The notes below the pieces were generated by a model, which ran no database searches, had not been told where the DNA came from, and saw only the letters and a list, made by a program, of their open reading frames with translations. From NCBI GenBank assembly GCA_022799035.1, contig JAAWNQ010000009.1:289-64288 (forward strand): a stretch of DNA of 64,000 nt, given 5' to 3'. A program made the translations under genes and the position numbers. Positions 1-8,973 of the stretch are shown in pieces. The stretch is from Oscillospiraceae bacterium (GTDB lineage: Bacteria > Bacillota > Clostridia > Oscillospirales > Oscillospiraceae). Each line of letters opens with the position of its first letter. Position 1 is the stretch's first letter.

Positions 1-3000
1 CTGCAAAGACAGGTCCAGGTAGAGCACGTCCTCCTTTTTGCCTGTGACCAGCTCCCCGATCTCCTCCTTATCCGCCGGCTCGTCCAGCTTTTCCACGGTG
101 AGCTTCACCGTGACGGTCTGCCACCCGTGGATCTCCCCGGCCAGGTCCTTCAGAACCTCCGTATCCGTGGTCACCTCCGGGGTATCCGTTCCCGGCTTCA
201 ACTCCACCTCACCCTTGGTCTGGTCCCCGGTGACGGTACGGTCATAGCCGCAGGTGGTGCAGATGACAACCTCATCGCTGCCATAGACATGCTCGGCATC
301 GTCCTTCTTTTCCCCGCAGTTTGTGCACGCATGCCAATGCCTGGTCTCGTCTGTACTCCACGTATTCGCCCAGGCGTGGGAGACAGTAAAATCCGCGGTG
401 GCGGTGACCGCCTCATAGTTGGTGGCGGCGGGGAAGGAGGCCCGGACGGTGTACTCCCCGGGAGTGACAGGCTTGGTGGCTGAGTAGGTCTCATCCGCCG
501 CGCCCTTGACCTTATAGACATAGCTCACCCCCTCCACCCCGTTGGTATCCGAGGTGGGCACCGGCACACTGGGCTCCCCGCCGCAGGTGAAATCGGCCAT
601 GGTGACGCTGCCCCTGCCGGGGGCTTTGGAGATGACAAAGGGGAACTGCTTCACCCCGATATAGTTTTCGTCCTCGTCCGCTATCCGGACCACCATGGCA
701 AAGCTTCCGGCGTTGGTGGGCGGGATCTCGGAGCGGTCGCCGCCGTATGCGGTGCCATCCACGCCCTTATAGGTGATCTCAATGTGGTCCTCCGGGATAT
801 TGGCGGTCACGTTCGTGCCGTCGTCGGTCTCGACGGCCAGTGTCCCGTCATAGGCGATGGGCTGGCCGTTATACGCCCGGTTGGTGAACAAAATGCCCCC
901 AAATTGCACAGAGGTCTTGTTGTTGGCATTGATCTTGAGGACGTTGGAAAAGGTCTCGTAGTTGTTCGACCGGATCTCCACGGTGATGGAGCCCACCTCC
1001 CCGGTGGTCTCCACCTCGTTGAACCCAATGGGCAGATGGAGGATGGCCATGCCCTCCTCCCGCTCAATGCGGGCGGGGGCATTTTCCCCGTCATAGTAGC
1101 CGGCGGGAAGGTCTACATTCAGAATGGTATAGAACGGCGCGCCCCAATCCTTGCGGTGTTCCGTAATACCCTCCGCGTTGAGCTGAGGCAGAAGGTTGGC
1201 CAGGGCGAAGGTGTACTCCTTGGCCAGTTTGTTGGTAATGTTGCGGGACACCTCCGTGGCCGTGGGGGGCGCGGCCTTGGAGATGATCACCGAGGTAGGC
1301 AGGGTCACATTGACCTGGGCAGTGTAATTGCCCGCCTTGGCCCCGGTGAGGGGCAGGCTGTTGAGGGTCACCGTCTTATAGGGTGTGTCGCTGACGTCGG
1401 GGCTGGAGACCGTCCCCTTGAGGCCCGTGGTATTCACCGCCACGTCATCCCCGGCTACCACCCCGTCCAGGGTCACGGCGGTGACCGCCACCGACGTGGT
1501 GCCGTCATAGGCCCGGTCCGTTGCCTTGGCGGCGGTGGCGGTGAGGGTCTTGGCGGTGACGGTAAAGCTCTGGTCCGTGCTCCCGGCGTAGCTGCCCTTG
1601 CCCGTGACGGTAACAGTGGCCGTGCCCTTGTTCACGTTATCCTTGTAGCTGACGGTGTAGTCGGTATCCGGGGTCAGGGTCGCGCCGCCCACCTTCACGG
1701 TGACCGTGGGCTTATTCTCCCCGCCATTGTAAACATAGCTGGACTTGTCCAGAGTGATGGCAAGGGTCTTGCTCTCGGTGTGGGACGGATCGGCCCCGCA
1801 CACCCGCTTCACAGTCTTTCCGTCCGCCTGGAGGGTCCACTTGCCCCAGGTGTGACCGGCGGGGATGGGCTTCTGGGCGGTGATCACATACCCGCACACC
1901 GAGCAGTGGCTCCCCTCCGTCAGGCCGTCTTCGGTACAGGTGGGGTTCTTCGCCGAGTCGGTGACGGCCTTGTGTTCGCCGTAGCTGTCCTTGTCACCGT
2001 TATTGATGATGGGACATTCGGCGGCGGTACACTCATGCCAGTGGTGGGTTTTGTTGGTGGTCCAAGCCCCGGCCCAGGTGTGGCTGTGGGCAGGGGCGAT
2101 GACCACCGACTTGGCGATCTCATCGCCGACCTTGAGGGTGAGGACTGTGCCGGTGAATATCTCAGCCTCCTTCAACTCGGCGTCAGCCAGGTTGGTAAAG
2201 TCGTTTGCCGTAGTGCTGCCCTGGATGGAGTACCCATCCGCCAAAATCTGGACGGTATCGTCCCCGAAAGCTGCCGCTGCGGTTGTGCCGCTGATCCTCA
2301 CAACGCCGCCGTCACTGACCTGAAGGTTTCCACCCACATCTATATTAAGGCCAATACATGCCCCCTGGTCGTCGGGGGTGGACGCCGTCACCGTGAACTC
2401 CGCTCCGCCGGTCACCTGAATGCCGCCGACGTAACCGCCGAAACACAGCATATCCAAGGCGGAGGCGGAGACCGTCAGCGTTCCCGTGCCCGTGACGGTC
2501 AGAGGAGAAAAATAGCTCATATCTCCGGTCATGATGCCCATGGCATATTTACCACTAATGGTGATATTGTTGTCGCTTCCATCGGCAAGCACGATGGTCA
2601 GCTCGTCGCTGCAAAGAAGCCCAACCGCTATTACATCTAGCGGATACCCTTCGTTAACGTTCACACCGTCCAGGGTCAGGGTGGGAGTGCCGTTCACCAC
2701 CGCGAAGGAGGCCTTGCCGGAGGCGACGCTCTCGGGGACGCCGCGAAAGATATCATCGTAATTGTCCTGGGTCACCTCGACGGGCCCCAACGCCAGCATA
2801 TGAATATTCGGGTCTGCCAGCCAGTCAACGGTGGCCTGATCTTCCGGCGACACGATGGTGACAATGTTAGACATCAAATGGCCGCTCTCATGGCTGACAG
2901 CACAGTAGTATTTTCCCAGCTCACGGGTGCTCAGGGAGGGGCTGGTCTCTCCCTCCATCGCCGTCCAGCAGCGGTCCACAGTAATAACAGCAGTAAATTC

Positions 3001-3510
3001 GCTGCTGCTCTTTATCCAGATACCTCCGTCATCATCAAATGTGGCGGTGTAGACGCCATCGCCCATTTTCTGGAAACTGTCGCCGGAACCATTTTCGACG
3101 GTCAGAGTATCGTTGACCATCTCAGGGGGGATTCGCACGGTGACCTGATCGCCGGGCGAAGTGATATACTTAATTGAGACTCTATATATAGCCGTTACAC
3201 CCATCTCCGCTGTCCAGTGTCCATCGGCGTAAGAGCCTTCATTGTTATAGACAGGAGCCGCACCCAGTTCATCCTCTGCTGGGTCTGATCCTACTAAGTT
3301 GTAGGTCTCGGGGACGGAAATCTTTTTCCACCATTGGAAGCCCTCGGTCAGTTCATCCGGACCGGCTTCCGCTTTCACGGTGTAACCGTTTTCCGTCGTG
3401 GGCTGTTGGGTGATCTCCGCACGGTAAGAAGCCCACACTGTGGTGGGCAGAATGCCCGACAGCAGACAGAGGGTAAACAGCGCGGAAAGCAAGCGGTTTC
3501 TGTGTTTCAT
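1..3510 (-). CDS. Large secreted/cell-surface repeat protein, partial (C-terminus beyond left edge): signal peptide, Ig-like, beta-rich, Cys/His repeats, YDG/MBG-like domains
   Basis: Hand-translated: ATG at 3510 with GGAGG RBS; no in-frame stop down to base 1 (1170 codons). N-term MKHRNRLLSALFTLCLLSGILPTTVWA signal peptide; SYVYNGGENKPTVTV...DYTVSYKDNVNKGTATVTVTGKGSY repeat; RAYDGTT (YDG-like); HWHEC/HWHAC motifs. Confidence 0.85.
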   Translation of the reverse strand, partial: MKHRNRLLSALFTLCLLSGILPTTVWASYRAEITQQPTTENGYTVKAEAGPDELTEGFQWWKKISVPETYNLVGSDPAEDELGAAPVYNNEGSYADGHWTAEMGVTAIYRVSIKYITSPGDQVTVRIPPEMVNDTLTVENGSGDSFQKMGDGVYTATFDDDGGIWIKSSSEFTAVITVDRCWTAMEGETSPSLSTRELGKYYCAVSHESGHLMSNIVTIVSPEDQATVDWLADPNIHMLALGPVEVTQDNYDDIFRGVPESVASGKASFAVVNGTPTLTLDGVNVNEGYPLDVIAVGLLCSDELTIVLADGSDNNITISGKYAMGIMTGDMSYFSPLTVTGTGTLTVSASALDMLCFGGYVGGIQVTGGAEFTVTASTPDDQGACIGLNIDVGGNLQVSDGGVVRISGTTAAAAFGDDTVQILADGYSIQGSTTANDFTNLADAELKEAEIFTGTVLTLKVGDEIAKSVVIAPAHSHTWAGAWTTNKTHHWHECTAAECPIINNGDKDSYGEHKAVTDSAKNPTCTEDGLTEGSHCSVCGYVITAQKPIPAGHTWGKWTLQADGKTVKRVCGADPSHTESKTLAITLDKSSYVYNGGENKPTVTVKVGGATLTPDTDYTVSYKDNVNKGTATVTVTGKGSYAGSTDQSFTVTAKTLTATAAKATDRAYDGTTSVAVTAVTLDGVVAGDDVAVNTTGLKGTVSSPDVSDTPYKTVTLNSLPLTGAKAGNYTAQVNVTLPTSVIISKAAPPTATEVSRNITNKLAKEYTFALANLLPQLNAEGITEHRKDWGAPFYTILNVDLPAGYYDGENAPARIEREEGMAILHLPIGFNEVETTGEVGSITVEIRSNNYETFSNVLKINANNKTSVQFGGILFTNRAYNGQPIAYDGTLAVETDDGTNVTANIPEDHIEITYKGVDGTAYGGDRSEIPPTNAGSFAMVVRIADEDENYIGVKQFPFVISKAPGRGSVTMADFTCGGEPSVPVPTSDTNGVEGVSYVYKVKGAADETYSATKPVTPGEYTVRASFPAATNYEAVTATADFTVSHAWANTWSTDETRHWHACTNCGEKKDDAEHVYGSDEVVICTTCGYDRTVTGDQTKGEVELKPGTDTPEVTTDTEVLKDLAGEIHGWQTVTVKLTVEKLDEPADKEEIGELVTGKKEDVLYLDLSLQ

Positions 3511-3744
3511 GGGTATGCCTCCTATCAAATCAATGATTCGGGTATCTTTCATCTCTGTACCTCTCCCTATATAACCAGACAGATTTTCCCCCATCCCCGT
3601 TGCGCCCGGATAAAAAATTTTTATTATTTTCTTTTACACCATAAATAGCAGCACACAGAAGGCCCCCCTCCCCCCCTCAAGACCCCCTCCCCAAATCTCG
3701 GCATCCCCACAAAAAGTCCCTTCCCCTGCCCACCATATGATCAT

Positions 3745-3785
3745 AAAAAACGAGTCTGAAAGGTTCTCGAAACCTTTCAGACTCG
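3745..3785 (-). terminator. Intrinsic terminator for the gntR-HAD transcript
   Basis: Perfect stem cgagtctgaaaggtt/aacctttcagactcg with A6 (U-tract on minus) at 3745-3750. Confidence 0.8.
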
Positions 3786-3829
3786 CTTTGATCTATAACC
3801 TGTTTATACCTGCCTACCCCTGACCCCCG

Positions 3830-4546
3830 TCAAGCCGAAGTCAGAGACAACCCCAAATGCTCTGCCAAGCCCCAGAGATCGTCAAAAACCACATCCGCCT
3901 GGGCCTGGACCTCCGGGACGGGAGGGACCTGGTCCGGGATCAGTACCGAATAGGCGCCCGACGCCACAGCCGCCAAAATACCGTTTTGAGAATCCTCCAC
4001 TACGGCGCATTCCGTAATGGGCAGTCCCAGCCGCTCCCCAGCGGCCAGGAAGATATCGGGGGCCGGTTTGGACTTTAGTCCCAGGTCCCCCGAGAGAACA
4101 GCCTGGAACCTCAAGGGGATATCCGCCGCCCGGAACAGGGTCTCCGCGTCCCGCCGGGGGCTGGAGGTGGCCAATGCGGTGGGGATCCCCGCCTCCCAGA
4201 GAGCGAAAAGCAGTTCCCCGGCCCCCGGCTTGGGCGGACCCGACGGCCCCGTCCACAGCGTTTTCGCCAGATTTGTCCGGTACTCGTAGACCCTTTGGGC
4301 CAGCTCCTCATCCCCGTGAAAAAAATCCACATAGGCCCGGGGCATGGTCCTTTGACTGCTGCCCGAGGTATGGAGAAACATGGCCTCACTGCCTGTAAAA
4401 CCGAACTCCTTCTCCGCCATCTTCCAGGTGCGAAGCCAAAACCCCTCGCTGTCAAAAAGGGTCCCGTCCATATCGAAGATAAACCCGTATATCTTTCTCC
4501 CCGAGGGGGTACAGAGAAACGGGGCGGCATTCTGTTCCAGGGACAC
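3830..4546 (-). CDS. HAD-IA family phosphatase (beta-PGM-like)
   Basis: FDMDGTLFDSE motif I, LATSS, KPAPD, VVEDSQNG; probable GTG start at 4546 after GGAGG (track start 4609 is longer). Confidence 0.85.
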   Translation of the reverse strand: MSLEQNAAPFLCTPSGRKIYGFIFDMDGTLFDSEGFWLRTWKMAEKEFGFTGSEAMFLHTSGSSQRTMPRAYVDFFHGDEELAQRVYEYRTNLAKTLWTGPSGPPKPGAGELLFALWEAGIPTALATSSPRRDAETLFRAADIPLRFQAVLSGDLGLKSKPAPDIFLAAGERLGLPITECAVVEDSQNGILAAVASGAYSVLIPDQVPPVPEVQAQADVVFDDLWGLAEHLGLSLTSA

Positions 4547-4577
4547 GGCCCATCCCCTCCTTTCCTTCCGGCCTCTT

Positions 4578-5294
4578 TCAGCCCTCCATGGTGTAGACGT
4601 ACATCTCACCGTTATAGTAGGTCTCGGTATATTCCAGCAGGGCCTGGCGGCCCTCCTGCATGGTATACGTCACATGGGAACTGCACAAAAGCGCCCCCTC
4701 CTCGATCCCCAAAAGCTGTTTCTGCTCCGGGGTGGGAAGGGTAGCCCGCAGCTCCCGGTCACTGGTCCGGCTGTGGTCGATCCCCTGGGCGTCCAGATAG
4801 GCGTAAAAGGAGTGGTTCAGACACTCCACATTGATGGCGGGAAGGACCTTGGCGGCGATATAGGTATAGTTGATGGCAATAGGGGTGTCATTTCCCGTGC
4901 GCAGGCGGACAAAGGAATGGACCAGATCCATCTCCTGAAGTCCCAGCTTTCCCATCGCCACAGGGACCTCCCCCGCCTGGACCACCCGGTAGGAGACCAG
5001 CTTGGCCCCAGCCACCATCCCCACCGACTTCATATCCTCGCTGAAGCTGCGGCCCGAGGCGGTCTCCTTCCTCACCGAGGGCGGCATGACAAAGCTTCCC
5101 TTCCCCGGGGTCCGCTTGATATATCCCAGGTCGCTCAAATGATTCAGGGCCTTGCTGATGGTCATGCGGGAGAAGCCGAACCGCTCACACAGCTGCTCCT
5201 CCGTCATGATCTGATCTCCCGGCTTAAGCTGGCCGGAAAGGATATTCTCCTTCAAAAGTTCTTCCACCTGCTGGTATTTGGGTCTGCTCGGCAT
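4578..5294 (-). CDS. GntR family (HutC/UTRA) transcriptional regulator
   Basis: PKYQQV...TEEQLCERFGFSRMTISKAL...GKGSFV wHTH plus C-terminal UTRA-like domain. Confidence 0.92.
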   Translation of the reverse strand: MPSRPKYQQVEELLKENILSGQLKPGDQIMTEEQLCERFGFSRMTISKALNHLSDLGYIKRTPGKGSFVMPPSVRKETASGRSFSEDMKSVGMVAGAKLVSYRVVQAGEVPVAMGKLGLQEMDLVHSFVRLRTGNDTPIAINYTYIAAKVLPAINVECLNHSFYAYLDAQGIDHSRTSDRELRATLPTPEQKQLLGIEEGALLCSSHVTYTMQEGRQALLEYTETYYNGEMYVYTMEG

Positions 5295-5320
5295 GGCGGA
5301 TCCCCCCTTTGTATGTACAT

Positions 5321-5349
5321 ATTATAGTCTAAGCCCCCGGATTTGTCTA
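5321..5349 (-). promoter_or_regulatory. SigA-type promoter of gntR
   Basis: TAGACA (5349-5344) - 17 nt - TATAAT (5326-5321) on minus strand. Confidence 0.65.
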
Positions 5350-5446
5350 CCGAAAAAACAGTTTTTTCCTAAAAAAGCCCAAAAATATTCCCTTTTTTTC
5401 TTCTCAAACCCGGGAGAATCCCCTTCCCAAAAATATTTTTGCAGCA

Positions 5447-5511
5447 GTCTATACAAAATTTCCGAAAGACTATTGCATTCCTCTTGGTTATTCTTTATTA
5501 TGTATATACAT
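5447..5511 (+). promoter_or_regulatory. PTS operon promoter with GTNTANAC-type GntR/HutC operators
   Basis: TTGCAT (5473-5478) - 17 nt - TATTAT (5496-5501); perfect palindrome ATGTATATACAT 5500-5511; GTCTATAC 5447-5454. Confidence 0.6.
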
Positions 5512-5614
5512 TTAAGCCATCTCAATTACGAGCTTCTTTCAAATCCTTGGGAATGGCATGATTTACCAGATAATATGTATAGGGAAATCGATCATTCTTC
5601 CGGGAGGGACCAAG

Positions 5615-6034
5615 ATGAACCAGTTTGTCATTGCCACCCATTCCACCCTGGCCCAGGGCTTTACCCAGGCCATCCACTTCTTCTATCCCGAGGTGGAAAA
5701 CCTCCGCTTCCTCAACGCCTATGTGGAAAGCCAGGAGCTGGAGAAGGACCTGCGCTCCATTTTGGAGGATATCCGGGGAGAAAACATCGTTGTCCTCACC
5801 GACATTCCCGGCGGCAGCGTGAACCAGGTAGCCATGAAGCTCCAGCGGGAGTATGGCTTCCAACTGGCCGCGGGGATCAACCTGCCCATGCTGCTGGATC
5901 TGGTGTCCGAATCCCAGGACGTGGGTCCTGAAGCCCTTCGTTCCGCCCTGGACACCGGACGGGAGGGCATGGTCTATATGAACGACCTGACCCCGCCGGC
6001 GGAGCTCCCCCCGGAGGACGACGAGGAACTGTGA
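5615..6034 (+). CDS. PTS mannose/fructose/sorbose family EIIA
   Basis: FVIATHSTLAQG (phospho-His) and VLTDIPGGSVNQ motifs; ATG 5615 after GGGAGGG. Confidence 0.9.
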   Translation: MNQFVIATHSTLAQGFTQAIHFFYPEVENLRFLNAYVESQELEKDLRSILEDIRGENIVVLTDIPGGSVNQVAMKLQREYGFQLAAGINLPMLLDLVSESQDVGPEALRSALDTGREGMVYMNDLTPPAELPPEDDEEL

Positions 6035-6100
6035 CCGTTGGAGGGCAGAGCTCCCTCCTACCATATAATACCAAACCATATTGAAAGGGAGGAAACATGA

Positions 6101-6601
6101 ATGATCCTGATGACGCGAGCTGATGACAGACTGATCCACGGCATGGTGGCGGTCTCCTGGACTTCCCACCTGAAGCCCCAGACCATCCTGGTAGCCAACG
6201 ACGTCACCGCCAAGGATGAGTTCAAGTCCATGACCATGAAGATGGCCCAGCCCGCCGGGGTCAAGCTGATCATCAAGACCCTGGACGATTCCATCAAGGC
6301 CCTGAACAACCCTATCAACGACAACAAGCACATTTTCCTGGTGGTCGAGAGCGTGGCCGACGCCCTTTACATCTACGAGCGTATCAACAACAAATTTCAG
6401 CGTTTGAACGTAGGCACGGCAGGGGTCAATAAAAAGGAGGGAGAAGAATACATACCGACTCTGCCGCAGGTATTTATGACAGCCAAAGAATTTGAGTGCG
6501 CGGAAAAAATGGCTGCCGGCGGGGTGGAGATCTTCGCGCAGATCACCCCCACAAGAGAACGGATGGAGTTCAAGGACATTGAGAGAATCTTCAAAAAATA
6601 G
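6101..6601 (+). CDS. PTS mannose family EIIB
   Basis: RADDRLIHGMV motif, LNVG. Confidence 0.92.
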   Translation: MILMTRADDRLIHGMVAVSWTSHLKPQTILVANDVTAKDEFKSMTMKMAQPAGVKLIIKTLDDSIKALNNPINDNKHIFLVVESVADALYIYERINNKFQRLNVGTAGVNKKEGEEYIPTLPQVFMTAKEFECAEKMAAGGVEIFAQITPTRERMEFKDIERIFKK

Positions 6602-6613
6602 GAGGAATGAGTT

Positions 6614-7381
6614 ATGTTTCAAGGTTTCCTGGTCGCGTTAGTGGCGGCTCTGGTCTACATGGAGTCCCGGATCGGCGGACAACACATGCTGGACCGCCCC
6701 ATCATCATCGGCCCCCTGGTGGGTATCATCATGGGCAACCCCGCCATGGGCCTGCTCATCGGCGGTGAGCTGGAGCTGGTCTGGATGGGCCTGGTGGGCA
6801 TCGGCACCTCTACTCCCCCCGACGTGGTAGTGGGCTCCGCCCTGGCGACCGCTCTGGCCATCAAGACTGGCGCGGACTACACCACCACCCTGGCCCTGGC
6901 CATCCCCATCTCCCTGCTGGCTCAGGTCGGCTCCATCGGCGTGTGCATCCTGAACACCGCCTTCGCCCACCGGGCCGACGCCTGTGCCGAGAAGGGCGAT
7001 TACCGCGGAGTGGAGATCTCCAACTGGATGGGCTCCGCCCTCTATTTTGTCTTCAAGTTCAGCATGGTGTTCATCGGCTTCCTCATCGGCGCCGACCTGA
7101 TCACCGCCATCGTTGAGAACATTCCCGCCGTCATCCAGCAGGGCCTTGGTCAGTCCGGCAACCTGCTGCCCGCCCTGGGCGTTGCCATGCTCATCCAGCT
7201 CACCTGGGACCGGAAGTTCGGCGCGTTCCTGTTCCTCGGCTTTGCCCTGGCCGCCTTCCTGAATGTGAGCACTCTGGGTGCCGCCATCTTCGGCGTGGTC
7301 ATCGCCGTCCTTTACTTCACCATGTCCGGCAACAATAACGCCCAGGCTGTGGCCTATTCCAACGAAAGTGAGGAGCTGTAA
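6614..7381 (+). CDS. PTS mannose family EIIC
   Basis: DRPIIIGPLVG...GLLIGGELEL...PPD, hydrophobic. Confidence 0.92.
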   Translation: MFQGFLVALVAALVYMESRIGGQHMLDRPIIIGPLVGIIMGNPAMGLLIGGELELVWMGLVGIGTSTPPDVVVGSALATALAIKTGADYTTTLALAIPISLLAQVGSIGVCILNTAFAHRADACAEKGDYRGVEISNWMGSALYFVFKFSMVFIGFLIGADLITAIVENIPAVIQQGLGQSGNLLPALGVAMLIQLTWDRKFGAFLFLGFALAAFLNVSTLGAAIFGVVIAVLYFTMSGNNNAQAVAYSNESEEL

Positions 7382-7383
7382 TT

Positions 7384-8202
7384 ATGGCAGTGGAAAAGAA
7401 ACTCAGCGAGAAGACGCTGAAGAAGGTCTATAACCGTCACTATCAGCTGCTGGGCTGCTTTAACTACGAGCGGCAGATGTCCACCGGCTACGCCTGGACC
7501 ATGATGCCCGCCCTGCGGGAGCTTTACGCCGACGACCCCGCGGAGATGAAGAAGGGCGTCAAGCGCCACCTGGAGTTCTTCAACTGCGCCACCACCCCCA
7601 GCCCCTTCATCGTGGGTATCACCTGCGCCATGGAGGAGCAGAACGCCAGCGCCGAACCCGGCGAGTACGACGCCTCGGCCATCACCTCGGTAAAGACCGC
7701 CCTCATGGGCCCTCTGGCCGGTATCGGCGACAGCTTCTTCTGGGGCACCTTCCGGGTCATCGGCGCCGGTATCGGCGCTCCCCTGGCTGTGGCCGGCAAC
7801 TTCCTTGGCCCCCTGCTCTATTTCCTTCTGAACTTTATCCCCTCTGAGATCGTGCGCCGCCTGGGCTTCAAGATCGGTTACGAGGGCGGCAGCTCCTTCC
7901 TCACCCGCATCTCCGCCGACGGCACCCTCCAGAAGCTCACCGAGGCCGCCCGTATCATGGGCCTCATCGTCATCGGCGCCATGATCCCGTCTATGGTAAA
8001 GGTAAACTTAGCCGCCGTCCTCAACATCAACGGAGCCGAGATCGTCCTGCAAAGCATTGTGGATCAGGTCTGCCCCTATCTGCTGCCCCTGTTGCTGACC
8101 TTCGGCTGTTACCGGCTTCTGAACAAGAAGATCTCCGGCACCGCCATCATGATCGGTCTGCTGGTCCTGGGCGTGGCGGCCACCGCGCTGCATATCCTGT
8201 AA
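7384..8202 (+). CDS. PTS mannose family EIID
   Basis: FNYERQM, RHLEFFN, KTALMGPLAGIGDSFFW. Confidence 0.93.
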   Translation: MAVEKKLSEKTLKKVYNRHYQLLGCFNYERQMSTGYAWTMMPALRELYADDPAEMKKGVKRHLEFFNCATTPSPFIVGITCAMEEQNASAEPGEYDASAITSVKTALMGPLAGIGDSFFWGTFRVIGAGIGAPLAVAGNFLGPLLYFLLNFIPSEIVRRLGFKIGYEGGSSFLTRISADGTLQKLTEAARIMGLIVIGAMIPSMVKVNLAAVLNINGAEIVLQSIVDQVCPYLLPLLLTFGCYRLLNKKISGTAIMIGLLVLGVAATALHIL

Positions 8203-8247
8203 GTTAAAACTATAATCGGTTCGGAAGAAAGGCGTAGGTGTACTATC

Positions 8248-8973
8248 GTGGATAAAAAAGCCATTATCGACAGCCTGAAGGACGGCCTCATCGTCTCCTG
8301 TCAGGCGGTGCCCAGCGAGCCTCATTACATGCCCGGGGTGGTTCCCATGTTCGCCCGGTGCGCCCAGTGGGCCGGCGCCGCCGGCCTGCGGATCGACACC
8401 CCCGACAACGTCCGGGAGGTAAAGGCCCAGGTAGACCTTCCGGTCATCGGCCTGTGGAAGATCGACCGGGGGATCAAGGACGTCTACATCACCCCCCACT
8501 TTGACGCCGCCCGCCAGCTTTGGGAGGCCGGGGCTGAGATCATCGCCATCCAGGCCACCAACCACCGCCGGGACGACGGCAAGCTGTCCTATGAGACCAT
8601 CACCGAGGTCAAGGAGCGCATCCCCCAGGCCCTGGTCTTCGCCGATATCGCCACCGCCGAGGACGCCAAGGAGGCCGCCGCCCGGGGGGCGGATTTCGTG
8701 GCCCCCACCATGTACGGCTACGTGAAGGCGGGGACCTTCACCGGCCCCGAGATCAAGGATGCTCCCGATTACCGCCTGCTGCGGGATATCGTGGACGCGG
8801 TGAAGGGCACTGGCTCCATGGTCATCATGGAGGGTAAGGTGGCCACCCCTGAGATCGCCATTCAATGCCTCTACATGGGAGCCCATGCCGTGGTGGTGGG
8901 CAACGCCATCACCCGGCCCCACATCACCGCCAAGCGGTTCGCCCGGGCTCTGGACCGTTACCACAATGAATAA
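8248..8973 (+). CDS. nanE: NanE-like N-acylmannosamine-6-phosphate 2-epimerase (divergent)
   Basis: GLIVSCQA, PVIGLWK (catalytic Lys position), YITP, EGKVATPE, VVVGNAITRP; GTG start. Confidence 0.8.
   Translation: MDKKAIIDSLKDGLIVSCQAVPSEPHYMPGVVPMFARCAQWAGAAGLRIDTPDNVREVKAQVDLPVIGLWKIDRGIKDVYITPHFDAARQLWEAGAEIIAIQATNHRRDDGKLSYETITEVKERIPQALVFADIATAEDAKEAAARGADFVAPTMYGYVKAGTFTGPEIKDAPDYRLLRDIVDAVKGTGSMVIMEGKVATPEIAIQCLYMGAHAVVVGNAITRPHITAKRFARALDRYHNE

Noticed and set aside
784-2640. 618-aa plus-strand ORF
   Set aside because: In-register antisense shadow of the minus-strand surface protein; no RBS or domain features.
8248-8973. Sialic-acid catabolism locus
   Set aside because: nanE-like gene only; no nanA, nanK, sialidase or Neu5Ac transporter in the locus.
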